A DNA stretch of 63,885 bases, the filler included. It is 6 parts of 6 records of this genome, joined end to end, with 100 filler letters (N's around TTAATTAATTAA, not from the genome) between each part and the next. Parts side by side here need not be neighbours in the genome. Positions count along the whole stretch, not along the records: positions 19,448 to 39,694 come from SRR31156797_1443; 5 more parts are not named here. One strand, 5' to 3'. Positions within the stretch are counted from its first letter, which is position 1; the number at the start of each line of letters is the position of its first letter. Shown piece by piece: positions 20,834 through 30,688 of this stretch. The position numbers and the translations under genes were made by a program. The notes beneath the pieces are model-generated. The model saw nothing but the letters and a program-made list of their open reading frames with translations, ran no database searches and was not told the DNA's origin.

Positions 20834-21497
20834 AACTATCGTATTCTGCTTTGCTGATGGCATAAAACTCCAGACAACAACCTGCTTCAACTAAAAAGGG
20901 TTTCTCCCTTAAAGGATCAAACATTTTAAGTGGTGTTTTTCCAATTATCTGCCAACCTCCGGGACTATCGATGGGATAAATACCAGTTTGCTCTCCAGCA
21001 ATACCAACCGAACCTGCAGATATTTTCAACGCGGGTTTCTCTTTTCTTGCTGTCGCGATGCGCTCGTCCATGCCTCCTAAATAACAAAAGCCGGGTGTAA
21101 AACCCAACATATATACCAGGTACTTTCTGCTACAATGAATCTGAACTACTTCTTGCCTTGTCAATCCACTCTGTCGCTCCACTTCTTTTATATCAGTTGC
21201 AAATCCCTCATCGTAACACACCGGTATTTTCACAACTTTGGGAGGAGGCAATTGAATATTTTCAGCTTGTTTGGCCAGCTTTTTTAATTGCTTTAATAAC
21301 TTTTTCCATTTAAGCTGCAAAGGATCGTAATGCACCAGCACATCACCATAAGCCGGAACCAACTCTACTATTCCTTTTATTTTTGATGCAGATAACAGTG
21401 ACACAAACCCTCGAATCTGCCGATGCGTTTCTTCTGATATTTCATTACCAAATCGAACTAAAAAAGCACTATCTCCGGAAGGTAAAAATGCTATCAT
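20817..21497 (-). CDS. pxpB: 5-oxoprolinase subunit B
   Basis: IPVCY, MLGFTPGF.YL, GSVGIAG.QTGIYP..SPGGWQIIG.TP. Confidence 0.9.
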   Translation of the reverse strand: MIAFLPSGDSAFLVRFGNEISEETHRQIRGFVSLLSASKIKGIVELVPAYGDVLVHYDPLQLKWKKLLKQLKKLAKQAENIQLPPPKVVKIPVCYDEGFATDIKEVERQSGLTRQEVVQIHCSRKYLVYMLGFTPGFCYLGGMDERIATARKEKPALKISAGSVGIAGEQTGIYPIDSPGGWQIIGKTPLKMFDPLREKPFLVEAGCCLEFYAISKAEYDSYDQNN

Positions 21498-22231
21498 AAA
21501 GCTGCAATTTGAATATGATTTTCCTTTAGATGTTGATGAATAGCCTTAACCATTTCCAATGCATTTTGATTATCTCCATGTACACAAATGGTATCAGCAC
21601 GAAGGTTTAAAATATTTCCATTCACATCTTTTACCTTTCCATTTGCCAGCATCATCACTCTTTCTTTACAAACATCCACATCATGAATAACAGCTCCTTC
21701 TTTATTGCGGGATAAAAGCAAACCATCTGCGGCATACGCTCTGTCAGCAAAAGCTTCTGCCGCAAACTTTAACCCAGTCTTTTGAGCCGCTCTTTCCATC
21801 TCTGAATTAGCCAAACCAATCCATATCATTTGAGAATCGATATCATTGATGGCCCGAGCTATTGCATTGGCAATTTCACTATTTTCAGCAGCCTGATTAT
21901 ACAATGCTCCATGCGCTTTTACATGATGCAATACACCGTCTGCTTTTTTTACTTTCGTTTGAAAAAGTAATATCTGATCTGATACAATCTTATAAATTTC
22001 TGAAGCTGGTAAATCCTGGGCTACTCTTCCAAAATTTTCCTTATCGGGATAACCCGGATGCGCACCTATGGCAACACCATGCTTTAAAGCCAAAACAATA
22101 GCCTCTTCCATTAAACGATCGTTTCCGGCATGATAACCACAAGCTACATTCGCCGAACTGATATATGGCATTATAGCCGCATCCGATCCCACTCCTTCGC
22201 CTAAATCACAATTAATATCAATGGTTTTCAT
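21494..22231 (-). CDS. pxpA: 5-oxoprolinase subunit A (LamB/YcsF)
   Basis: DINCDLGEG, SANVACGYHAG, GAHPGYPD, HVKAHGALYN, EAFADR, DTICVHGD. Confidence 0.92.
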   Translation of the reverse strand: MKTIDINCDLGEGVGSDAAIMPYISSANVACGYHAGNDRLMEEAIVLALKHGVAIGAHPGYPDKENFGRVAQDLPASEIYKIVSDQILLFQTKVKKADGVLHHVKAHGALYNQAAENSEIANAIARAINDIDSQMIWIGLANSEMERAAQKTGLKFAAEAFADRAYAADGLLLSRNKEGAVIHDVDVCKERVMMLANGKVKDVNGNILNLRADTICVHGDNQNALEMVKAIHQHLKENHIQIAAL

Positions 22232-22291
22232 TTGCCAAGCTTTAACAGATCTCTAACTTTTAATTTTGAGAATAGCCAATGTAAGAAAAAT

Positions 22292-22322
22292 AAAAAAACC
22301 GGCAGTGACACACTACCGGTTT
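22292..22322 (-). terminator. Terminator of fabD
   Basis: AAACCGGTAGTG / CACTGCCGGTTT on the minus strand, followed by a T tract. Confidence 0.7.
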
Positions 22323-22343
22323 CAAAAATATTTTATCGAAATA

Positions 22344-23228
22344 TTACAAGCTGCTTACGCCTGCAACTTCCATTTTGCGGTCAACTTTTTTTACCAAACC
22401 TTGTAAAACTTTACCTGGTCCTACTTCTGTAAAAGAAGAAGCACCATCAGCAATCATGTTTTGAACAGTTTGCGTCCATTTTACCGGCGCAGTTAACTGA
22501 GCAACCAAATTTTCTTTAATTTGAGCAGGATCAGTAAATGGAGTAGCGCTTACGTTTTGGTACACCGGACATATAGGTGCTGCAAATTCAGTAGCTTCAA
22601 TAGCAGCAGCTAATTCAGTACGAGCAGGCTCCATTAATGGCGAGTGAAATGCACCTCCTACAGGAAGTTTCAATGCACGCTTAGCACCTTTTTCAGTTAA
22701 GATTTCACAAGCTTTGTCAATTCCGGCAAAAGAACCAGAAATGACCAACTGTCCTGGACAGTTATAGTTAGCAGCAACCACTACCTCATCAATGCTTTCG
22801 CAAACTTCTTCTACAATAGCATCCTCTAAACCAACGATAGCAGCCATAGTTGAAGGCTCTGCTTCACATGCTTTTTGCATAGCCATGGCACGTTGAGAAA
22901 CTAATTTTAATCCATCCTCAAATGACATGGCTCCGGCAGCAACTAATGCACTAAACTCACCTAATGAGTGACCAGCTACCATCTCAGGCTTAAAATCTTC
23001 GCCCAATGTTTTTGCCAATAATACAGAATGTAAAAATATAGCAGGCTGAGTAACTTTAGTTTGCTTTAAGTCCTCATCTGTTCCTTCAAACATTAAATCA
23101 GTAATTCTGAAACCTAAAATTTCATTTGCTTTTTCAAAAAGCGCTTTAGCTTCTTCAGAATTTTCGTACAGGTCTTTTCCCATACCTACAAATTGGGCTC
23201 CTTGCCCAGGAAATACATATGCCTTCAT
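22344..23228 (-). CDS. fabD: Malonyl-CoA:ACP transacylase
   Basis: FPGQGAQ, GHSLGEF, GAFHS, EVGPGKVL. Confidence 0.95.
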   Translation of the reverse strand: MKAYVFPGQGAQFVGMGKDLYENSEEAKALFEKANEILGFRITDLMFEGTDEDLKQTKVTQPAIFLHSVLLAKTLGEDFKPEMVAGHSLGEFSALVAAGAMSFEDGLKLVSQRAMAMQKACEAEPSTMAAIVGLEDAIVEEVCESIDEVVVAANYNCPGQLVISGSFAGIDKACEILTEKGAKRALKLPVGGAFHSPLMEPARTELAAAIEATEFAAPICPVYQNVSATPFTDPAQIKENLVAQLTAPVKWTQTVQNMIADGASSFTEVGPGKVLQGLVKKVDRKMEVAGVSSL

Positions 23229-23388
23229 ACAAATTTCAATTTTGTATCAGATGCCAGCGCACCCGAAACATTTCATTTAGTTAAGATCAGTTCAACGCCT
23301 ATTTCTTAAGCCCGCTACACTCAACAGTGCATGGGGAATAATCATTAAACCAAGCAATTATTTATCTCTAACTTTTGATTTGTGCCGG

Positions 23389-23396
23389 CAAATATA
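23389..23396 (-). promoter_or_regulatory. Bacteroidota housekeeping promoter -7 element upstream of fabD
   Basis: TATATTTG matches TAnnTTTG. The same motif precedes purF (28253-28260, -), the acyltransferase (30872-30879, +) and the DEAD helicase (35302-35309, +). Confidence 0.6.
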
Positions 23397-23606
23397 GTAA
23401 AAATGAACAACAACAAGCACTTACAGCAAATACCTATCTGAGGAATTGATTTCTACAGAAGCGAATATACTCCCTAAACCTGGGCTCCCCCCTAAAAAAC
23501 ACATGGATATTTCCCCATAAATTGTTTGATTCGACATATTACTCTACATTTATACAGGTTTGAACTATTTTTTGAACTTTAAGTTATTCTATTCAAAAGA
23601 GAAATT

Positions 23607-25091
23607 ATGCAAGAATTTGACCTGGTAGTAATAGGTTCAGGCCCGGCGGGCTTTTCATCTGCAATGCGCGCCCTGGACTTTGGACTTAATATATGCATTG
23701 TAGAAGGAGCACATTTGGGAGGTGCCGGGATTATGAACGGTGCCCTAACCTCCAAAACCATGTACGAACTAAGTATGGACTATGCTGTAGCAGCCCGTAC
23801 CGACCGTGGTTACCGCTCCGGGAGTTTAAGTGTTGACTTTTCTAAAGTGATAAAAACGGTTATTCATGCAGCCAAAGAGAAGCAATATCAAATGCTCAGT
23901 CAAATTGAAACATTTTCTAAAGACAAGTCTGAAAATGGTTCATTGTGCTTAAAAAAAGGTTGGGCCAAATTCATCGATCCTTATACTATATCTATTACAA
24001 ACGAGGATGAAGTAGAAAAAGTAAAAGCCAAAAACTTTGTAATTGCCACTGGAGCAACTCCTCGTCAGGCTCCGGGATTAGAAATTGATCACAAAAGAAT
24101 TATTAACTCTGATGATCTGCTAAAACTGAAAAAATTTCCGGAACGAATGCTGATCATCGGTTCAGGAATTATTGGTTGTGAGATTGCAACCATCTTTAGC
24201 AACTTTAAACAAACCGAGGTTCATTTATTAGACCGGGCAAACCGGGTTCTTCCTTACGAGGATGATGACGTAAGTGATTTCGTATCAAAAAACCTGGAAG
24301 ATAATGGCGTTATTATTCATCATACCGCACATTTAAAAACCATCAATAAACAACCCGATCATCTTGAAGTTGTATTAGATTACGATGCAGGTAATAGTAA
24401 AGTAATTGAAGTGGATGTAGCCTTGGTTGCTATTGGTAGAGTAGCCAATACCAAAAATTTAGGTTTGGAAGAAATCGGTGTTGAAACCAGCGAAAGAGGA
24501 ACGTTGGAAATTGCTGATCATTGTGTATTAAGAGAAGGAAATAACACCTGCCATATTTTTGCTGCAGGTGATATAACCGGACATACACAACTATATAGCG
24601 TTGCAGAATTTCAAGGCAGGCTTGCGGCTGAACAAATTGCAGATACACCATGCTATCCTCTGGATTACTCACATATGTCAACACTCATGTTTTTTAAGCC
24701 GGAATTAGCCTCTGTAGGTTTTAATGAAAAACAATTACGTGCAAAAAAAATCCCGCATAAAGTAGCTTATTATTCAAACAAACTAGTGAATAGAGCTATT
24801 GCTATGCGCAACACCAATGGTTTTGTAAAAATAATTGTTAGCAATGATGACGAGCCGCGTATTTTAGGAATGCGTGCAGGAGGACCTCAGGCATCAGCCT
24901 ATATCGTTTCGGTAGCTCATTTGATGTATCAGGGAAACAGTCTTCAGGAGGTGTTAAAAATATTTTATCCACACCCGAGTGTGGCAGAAGCTATTCAGGA
25001 ATGTCTGAGAACTTTAAGTGGTAAATCTATTTATAAACCACATGCTTTTCCTGAATATATCCGATTTAAAGAATGGAATCCTGAGGATTAA
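23607..25091 (+). CDS. Class I pyridine nucleotide-disulfide oxidoreductase family flavoprotein lacking the redox cysteines
   Basis: GSGPAG, ATGA, GSGIIG.E, FAAGD, HPSVAE; GGAGIMNGALTSK replaces GGTCxxxGCIPSK. Confidence 0.85.
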   Translation: MQEFDLVVIGSGPAGFSSAMRALDFGLNICIVEGAHLGGAGIMNGALTSKTMYELSMDYAVAARTDRGYRSGSLSVDFSKVIKTVIHAAKEKQYQMLSQIETFSKDKSENGSLCLKKGWAKFIDPYTISITNEDEVEKVKAKNFVIATGATPRQAPGLEIDHKRIINSDDLLKLKKFPERMLIIGSGIIGCEIATIFSNFKQTEVHLLDRANRVLPYEDDDVSDFVSKNLEDNGVIIHHTAHLKTINKQPDHLEVVLDYDAGNSKVIEVDVALVAIGRVANTKNLGLEEIGVETSERGTLEIADHCVLREGNNTCHIFAAGDITGHTQLYSVAEFQGRLAAEQIADTPCYPLDYSHMSTLMFFKPELASVGFNEKQLRAKKIPHKVAYYSNKLVNRAIAMRNTNGFVKIIVSNDDEPRILGMRAGGPQASAYIVSVAHLMYQGNSLQEVLKIFYPHPSVAEAIQECLRTLSGKSIYKPHAFPEYIRFKEWNPED

Positions 25092-25113
25092 TTAAAAATC
25101 ATTAAACACTTTC

Positions 25114-26262
25114 GTGAGCATTAAAAAATCACATAAAAGTATTTTAGTTGGATTTCTGTTTCTGGCACTACTCTATGCCATTACACCGATATATCTAAAA
25201 AGAGCCATAATCTATTTATTTCCGGGCATAGAAGATCATTCTATTTTTGAAAACAGAGTAGTTGAAAACGCAGAAGGTATTCCATGGCCGGAAAGTTCTG
25301 CTTATATGAAACAAAAAATTAACAAGGTTGAGCGGGATACTCTCGAACATTATAAAACGACTGTATTCCTAATTATAAAAGAAGACTCTGTATTATACGA
25401 AGAATATTGAGATCATTTTGATAATACAACGATTTCCAATTCATTTTCTGCTGCTAAAAGCATTGTCAGTTTACTTATAGGAGCAGCTATTGACGATGGT
25501 TATATCAAAAGTGTAAATCAATCCATTGGTGATTTTATTCCTGAGTTTAAAGACAATGCTAACAATCTGGTTACCATTAAGGATTTACTGACAATGAGTT
25601 CTGGCTTAAATTGGAACGAAAGTTATGCCAACCCCTTTTCCATGACAACCAAAGCCTATTATGGAGATAACGTAAATGAACTAGTAACTGATTTACAATT
25701 AGTAGAAACTCCCGGAAAGGAATTCAAATACATAAGTGGCAATACGCAGTTATTAGCCATTATTATAAAAAATGCAACAGGTAAAACCCTCTCCGAATAT
25801 GCATCTATAAAACTATGGAAACCACTTGGAGCCACGAATAATGCACTTTGGAGTCTGGATAAAAAAGATGGGGATGAAAAAGCATACTGTTGCTTCTACA
25901 GTAACGCCAGAGATTTTGCCCGTATTGGCAGCTTAGTTTTGCACAAAGGAGTTATCAATGAACAACAACTTATTTCACCAAACTACATTGAAGCATCTAC
26001 TTCTCCTGCTACCTATTTAAATGATCCGCAGGATAAAATGCCAGTACAATTTTATGGTTACCATTGGTGGATTGCAAATATAAATGAAGATCAGATTCCA
26101 TACGCTAGAGGAATATACGGCCAGTATATTTTTATTCTCGAAAAGGAGAAATCTATTGTTGTTCGCTTAGGTCATAAAAGAAGTAAAACCAAAATTGATC
26201 ATCATCCCAGCGAAATATACTCTTACATCAAAACTGCTAAAAGAATATTAAACACAAAATAA
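25114..26262 (+). pseudogene. Beta-lactamase-family serine hydrolase interrupted by one in-frame TGA
   Basis: Track ORFs 25114-25410 and 25594-26262 share a frame; YEEY-TGA(25408-25410)-DHFDNTTISNSFSAAKS carries SxxK, then LLTMSSGL, YISGN, ARDFAR. Confidence 0.8.
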
Positions 26263-26292
26263 AAAGGCCACATGAAACTTTCCATGTGGCCT
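26261..26292. terminator. Terminator between convergent genes
   Basis: AGGCCACATG / CATGTGGCCT with an A tract on the left. Confidence 0.7.
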
Positions 26293-26316
26293 AATAATCT
26301 CTATATGTTTAATTTC

Positions 26317-28218
26317 TTAATAAGCTCTTGCATTTTTTCCTTCCATAAAGTTAATGAATGAAGTATTCACCACTTTATTTCCTCCGGCAGTTGGATAATT
26401 CCCTGTAAAATACCAATCTCCAGTATCATTCGGACAGGCTTTGTGTAAATTATCAACGGTTTGATATACAATAGACACTTCAGCATCAATATCAACAGGT
26501 TTCAGCATTTCTGCAATTTTATCCGAAATTTCCTGATCCTCAAAAGGCTTGTAAATTTCAGTTACATAATTCACAATTTCCTCCTTTGGAAGGTTTTGCT
26601 GCTCCTTACATTTTTTATAAACTTCATCAATAATGTTCTTCATTCCTCTTTCCTTCAACAACTCAATAGCTGCGCGGAAAGCACAGAAGTCACCTAACTT
26701 CGCCATATCAATACCATAGCAATCCGGATAGCGAATTTGAGGTGCAGAAGAAACAATAATTATTTTCTTCGGATGAAGTCTATCCAGAATTCTTAAGATA
26801 CTCTTTTTTAAAGTAGTTCCTCGTACAATAGAATCATCAATAATTACCAAGGTATCTTTCTGGTTTTTCACCACACCATAGGTTACATCATAAACGTGGG
26901 CTACTAAATCATCTCGACTATCATCATCAGCAATAAACGTCCTCATTTTAACGTCTTTGATTGCCATTTTTTCAACTCGAGGTTCCACATTCATGATTTC
27001 CTCTAATTGCTCATCGGTTATTCCGGCACCAAGCTCTTTTATCTTCTTAATCTTATGCTTATCACATGCTCTACGAACCCCCTCAATCATACCATAAAAG
27101 GCAGTTTCGGCAGTATTAGGAATATATGAAAACACCGTATCTTTAAGGTTATAATCCACCATTTCCAACAATGTTGGTGCAAGCAATTTACCAAGCTCTT
27201 TTCTTTCCTGATAAATATATTTGTCACTTCCTCGTGAAAAATAAATTCTTTCAAACGAACAAGATCTTCTTTCCTGAGGCACACGAACTAATTCCTCTGA
27301 AACTTCCCCATTCTTTTTAACGATTAAGGCATGACCAGGCTTTAATTCCTTCACATCTCTGATTCCCACATTCATGGCAGTTTGAATCACAGGTCTTTCT
27401 GAAGCCACAACGACTACTTCATCATCAATATAATAAGATGCCGGACGAATACCCCATGGATCTCTGGCCACAAATGCATCTCCATGACCGATCATTCCTG
27501 CAATTACATATCCACCATCCCATCTACGACTTGAACGCTCTAGAATCTTTCTAACATCCAGATTAGCCTCAATCTTATGCGAAATTTCTCGATTCGAGAA
27601 ACCTTCGTTTTTATATTGACGGAATAAAAATTGATTTTCTTCATCTAAAAAGTGACCTACATTTTCAAGAATTGTTACGGTATCGGTAAAATCCTTAGGA
27701 TGCTGACCTAAATCTTCCAAGTTTCGGAATATCTCATCAACATTAGTCAGGTTAAAGTTCCCCGCTACTACAAGGTTTCTTGAACGCCAGTTGTTTTCAC
27801 GCATTACAGGATGAACGTAATCGATACTGTGCCTTCCAAAAGTCCCGTAACGAAGGTGTCCCAAATATAATTCTCCACTAAAAGGCATATTTTCTTTCGC
27901 CCACTCCGGATCTTTCATTAATTCAGGTGTCCCACCTTCAACCTTATTCATGGCTTTGTTAATCTCTGAAAACACATCCTGAATAGGATTCTGTTTATTA
28001 GATCGTCTTCTTGACAAATACCTTGAACCTGAATGCTGATCAAGTTTTAAGCTTACCACTCCAGCTCCATCCTGTCCCCTGTTGTGTTGCTTTTCCATTA
28101 AAAGATATAGTTTGTGCAAACCATACATCCACGAACCATACTTCTCTTTATAATACTCCAGGGGTTTTCGTAATCGAATTAATACGAACCCACACTCATG
28201 CTTAATTTGATCGCTCAT
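26317..28218 (-). CDS. purF: Amidophosphoribosyltransferase (Bacteroidota long form)
   Basis: HECG Ntn start, QHNRGQDGAG, GHLRYGT, CSFERIYFSR, IIDDSIVRGTT, YGIDM. Confidence 0.92.
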   Translation of the reverse strand: MSDQIKHECGFVLIRLRKPLEYYKEKYGSWMYGLHKLYLLMEKQHNRGQDGAGVVSLKLDQHSGSRYLSRRRSNKQNPIQDVFSEINKAMNKVEGGTPELMKDPEWAKENMPFSGELYLGHLRYGTFGRHSIDYVHPVMRENNWRSRNLVVAGNFNLTNVDEIFRNLEDLGQHPKDFTDTVTILENVGHFLDEENQFLFRQYKNEGFSNREISHKIEANLDVRKILERSSRRWDGGYVIAGMIGHGDAFVARDPWGIRPASYYIDDEVVVVASERPVIQTAMNVGIRDVKELKPGHALIVKKNGEVSEELVRVPQERRSCSFERIYFSRGSDKYIYQERKELGKLLAPTLLEMVDYNLKDTVFSYIPNTAETAFYGMIEGVRRACDKHKIKKIKELGAGITDEQLEEIMNVEPRVEKMAIKDVKMRTFIADDDSRDDLVAHVYDVTYGVVKNQKDTLVIIDDSIVRGTTLKKSILRILDRLHPKKIIIVSSAPQIRYPDCYGIDMAKLGDFCAFRAAIELLKERGMKNIIDEVYKKCKEQQNLPKEEIVNYVTEIYKPFEDQEISDKIAEMLKPVDIDAEVSIVYQTVDNLHKACPNDTGDWYFTGNYPTAGGNKVVNTSFINFMEGKNARAY

Positions 28219-28391
28219 AACTTTAAGAGACTAACTTATTTTTTAGAAAGCGCAAATTTATTCTATTTTTTTGGCTTCCCCAACAACAAAAACCCATTAA
28301 TAAATGTTAAGGTGCTTTTGTCTAATTGTTTTTCCTATATAATTAACACAATAACAAAAAACGCCCTCCATTCAGAGGGCGCATGTATATT

Positions 28392-28853
28392 TTACTGTAA
28401 ATTTTCCAGAGGTATATGACTCACCGGCACCGGATAACAACTTGGAAATTCTTTTTTCAACTTTCGATAAAGACCTAAAGCCTCAGCTTTACTTCTAAAA
28501 TCTCCCACCTGCACACGCCAAAAAGGAGCTTCATACATGATATAAGGTTTTTCATCCGGAAATAATTCTAATAACTTCCCTTTTACTTCTGTTGCTTCTT
28601 TTTTGGCATTATTATTTGACCCCAAATAAAGTTGAATCCTGAATCCCTCAACACCCTTGCTTCTCTCATTTTGATCTACATGTATCTTCAATAAATCATT
28701 AATCGCAGGATCTTGAATGACAACTACTTTTCCTTCACCATCTTTAGACGAAGTAACTTCATCAATTATATTATGTGTTTTATCCTGAGCTGCAACACTT
28801 GCCATTAAGCATAAAAAAAATCCCAAAACAAAACTTTTCTTCATCATCTCCAT
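28392..28853 (-). CDS. SPOR-domain protein
   Basis: Signal peptide; GFRIQLY...WRVQVGDF..K.EA; terminator at 28356-28381. Confidence 0.85.
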   Translation of the reverse strand: MEMMKKSFVLGFFLCLMASVAAQDKTHNIIDEVTSSKDGEGKVVVIQDPAINDLLKIHVDQNERSKGVEGFRIQLYLGSNNNAKKEATEVKGKLLELFPDEKPYIMYEAPFWRVQVGDFRSKAEALGLYRKLKKEFPSCYPVPVSHIPLENLQ

Positions 28854-28861
28854 TTATTTTA

Positions 28862-29716
28862 TTAAGCGTACAAAGATAGTGATTCTTTTGTAGGAACAAC
28901 AAGAACAGGACAAGCCGATTCATTAATCAACTCATTGGCAAAAGGTTTAAAAAAATTCTCAAATGGAGTTGAAGAATGATTAACATTTGTTGCCAGCACA
29001 TCTGCATCAATCTTGGCAGCATAATCCATTAACAAACTGGATTTAACCTTTCCTGTTAATATTTCAGACTCCACTTTTAAATCCGTATTTTTCTCAATAA
29101 ACTTGACTGTCTGTTTTACAAAAGAATTAACTCTACTTTCCAATAAACTAAATCCATTTTCTTTCAGTCCAACTACATGAACTTTGGCATCAAAAAGTTT
29201 AGCAAGTCCAACCACAGCTGGTACTTTCTGCCTACTTGACTTATGCATGGTCACAGGCAATATTACCTTATCGATCCCTCGCCAATCTCTTTCCGGACGA
29301 ACAGTCAAAACAGGAACTGTAGATGCATTCACTAGCCTAAAAGCATTACTTCCTATATATTTATCTTCAAAACCAGAAGCCCCATGTGTTCCAATCACTA
29401 TAAGCGTAGTATCATCATATTTAGCTTGGTTTGAAATTTCTTTGAAAACATTCCCCTCTAATATTTTGCTATCAAATACACCATTTAAGACTCTATATGA
29501 TTCTTTATATTCTTTAATAACATCATCCAACCAAACTTCAACATCATCATTTAACAAAGCCTGCACTTTATGCTGAAGGTACTTTTGTGCTAATTTCTTA
29601 TTTCTTACATGCACTACTCTGAGGCTAGCCTGCAATTTATTCGCAATTTGTATTCCAAATTTCAATGCATTTAAGGAACTCTCAGAAAAGTCAATGGGAA
29701 CAAGAACTCGTTTCAT
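28862..29716 (-). CDS. Universal stress protein (tandem USP domains)
   Basis: RVLVPIDFS..S, LIVIGTHGASG...IGSNA, CPVLVV. Confidence 0.9.
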   Translation of the reverse strand: MKRVLVPIDFSESSLNALKFGIQIANKLQASLRVVHVRNKKLAQKYLQHKVQALLNDDVEVWLDDVIKEYKESYRVLNGVFDSKILEGNVFKEISNQAKYDDTTLIVIGTHGASGFEDKYIGSNAFRLVNASTVPVLTVRPERDWRGIDKVILPVTMHKSSRQKVPAVVGLAKLFDAKVHVVGLKENGFSLLESRVNSFVKQTVKFIEKNTDLKVESEILTGKVKSSLLMDYAAKIDADVLATNVNHSSTPFENFFKPFANELINESACPVLVVPTKESLSLYA

Positions 29717-29976
29717 GGCGTAGTTTATTTTTTAATATTAGGAAAATCGGCACCCCGCAAAATCAACCTGCTTTTACTCTCGATAAAGGTATCAAGTAAT
29801 TTATAAAACTTATTACCCAAAACCAATTTTATTACGAATACGTACACTACAGGTTGCATACCATTCCTAAAAACATTCGCTGATCTACTTTATTTTCAAC
29901 CATTAGGTCGCATGTCAAAATATTACAATTAAGTGAAACATCATAACTTAATTGAATAATGCTTCACAATTTTCCG

Positions 29977-30045
29977 AAAAAAAATACCGAGAATTGCCCA
30001 GGCATGCAATCCCTTCGACAATCTCGGTACCAATCAACACAACAC
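29977..30045 (-). ncRNA. Candidate sRNA unit A
   Basis: GTGTTGTGTTGAT, then a TACCGAGA...TCTCGGTA hairpin and a long T tract. Confidence 0.55.
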
Positions 30046-30110
30046 ATTTTAAATGCTTTACAACCGTACCCTATATATAAGGATATGAATGGTTTTATAT
30101 TTTTTTGATT

Positions 30111-30179
30111 AAAACACCGAGAGCTACAATCTTTTGGGGACAAAATGCATGTAACCCCCGGCATCAATCAACACAACAC
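30111..30179 (-). ncRNA. Candidate sRNA unit B
   Basis: GTGTTGTGTTGAT, then GCCGGGGGTTACA/TGTAGCTCTCGGT (fully paired only with G-U on the minus strand), loop TTGTCCCCA, then GTTTT. TACCTTAG promoter-like box upstream. Confidence 0.55.
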
Positions 30180-30241
30180 TCTTAAATTTTGCTAAGGTAG
30201 TTTTAAATTTTCTACCTACAACACATCTTTTCCGCTTGTTG

Positions 30242-30309
30242 AAAAATATACCGGAAGTTATTCAAGTGGGGACAAGAATTGCAACTTCCGGTATTGATCA
30301 ACACAACAC
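30242..30309 (-). ncRNA. Candidate sRNA unit C (3'UTR of the STAS gene)
   Basis: Starts 5 nt after the STAS stop: GTGTTGTGTTGAT, then ATACCGGAAGTT/AACTTCCGGTAT, loop TTGTCCCCA, then a T tract. Confidence 0.55.
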
Positions 30310-30314
30310 TTCTT

Positions 30315-30656
30315 TTATGCTATTAATAAGTTTTGAGAAAATGGCTTTGGTAAATCGCAAAAGAAAAACAGATGATCTACTTTAGCCTCAAATAATGTCT
30401 TATACACCTCTTCCTTTACATTGAACAAGCTCACCTGACACTTATTCATACTTGATAAACGCTGACCGGCGATAAGGGCATTAATCATATCTTGATCTAT
30501 CTCATTGACTCCACTAAAATCGATCATTAAGTTGGAGTAAGGAGATGTTAATTTTTTTAGAAATTGATTTTTAAAATCTGCCGTTTTATTCTCCTGAAGT
30601 TTACTTTCTTCGAAGGATACTAATATTGTATTGTTATAAGTTTTCACTTTAATCAT
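30315..30656 (-). CDS. STAS-domain protein (anti-sigma-factor antagonist-like)
   Basis: LMIDFSGVNEIDQ..I.ALI...LFNV.E.V...AKVD.LF; likely start MIKVKTY. The usual phosphorylated Ser of D-S-S is replaced (DQD). Confidence 0.75.
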   Translation of the reverse strand: MIKVKTYNNTILVSFEESKLQENKTADFKNQFLKKLTSPYSNLMIDFSGVNEIDQDMINALIAGQRLSSMNKCQVSLFNVKEEVYKTLFEAKVDHLFFFCDLPKPFSQNLLIA

Positions 30657-30688
30657 AACTTGTGTGTTTGTGTTCGGAATGGGTAATT

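Noticed and set aside
25408-25410. Genetic code 4 (UGA=Trp) or selenocysteine readthrough
   Set aside because: pxpA on the same contig stops at TGA, Trp is otherwise TGG, and the site is not a catalytic Cys position.
29964-30167. 67-aa ORF across the repeat units
   Set aside because: No protein features; it crosses hairpin and T-tract structures better explained as RNA elements.
30033-30309. Mini-CRISPR from three 13-bp repeats
   Set aside because: The repeat is too short, and the ~120-nt intervals are themselves homologous hairpins, not unique spacers.
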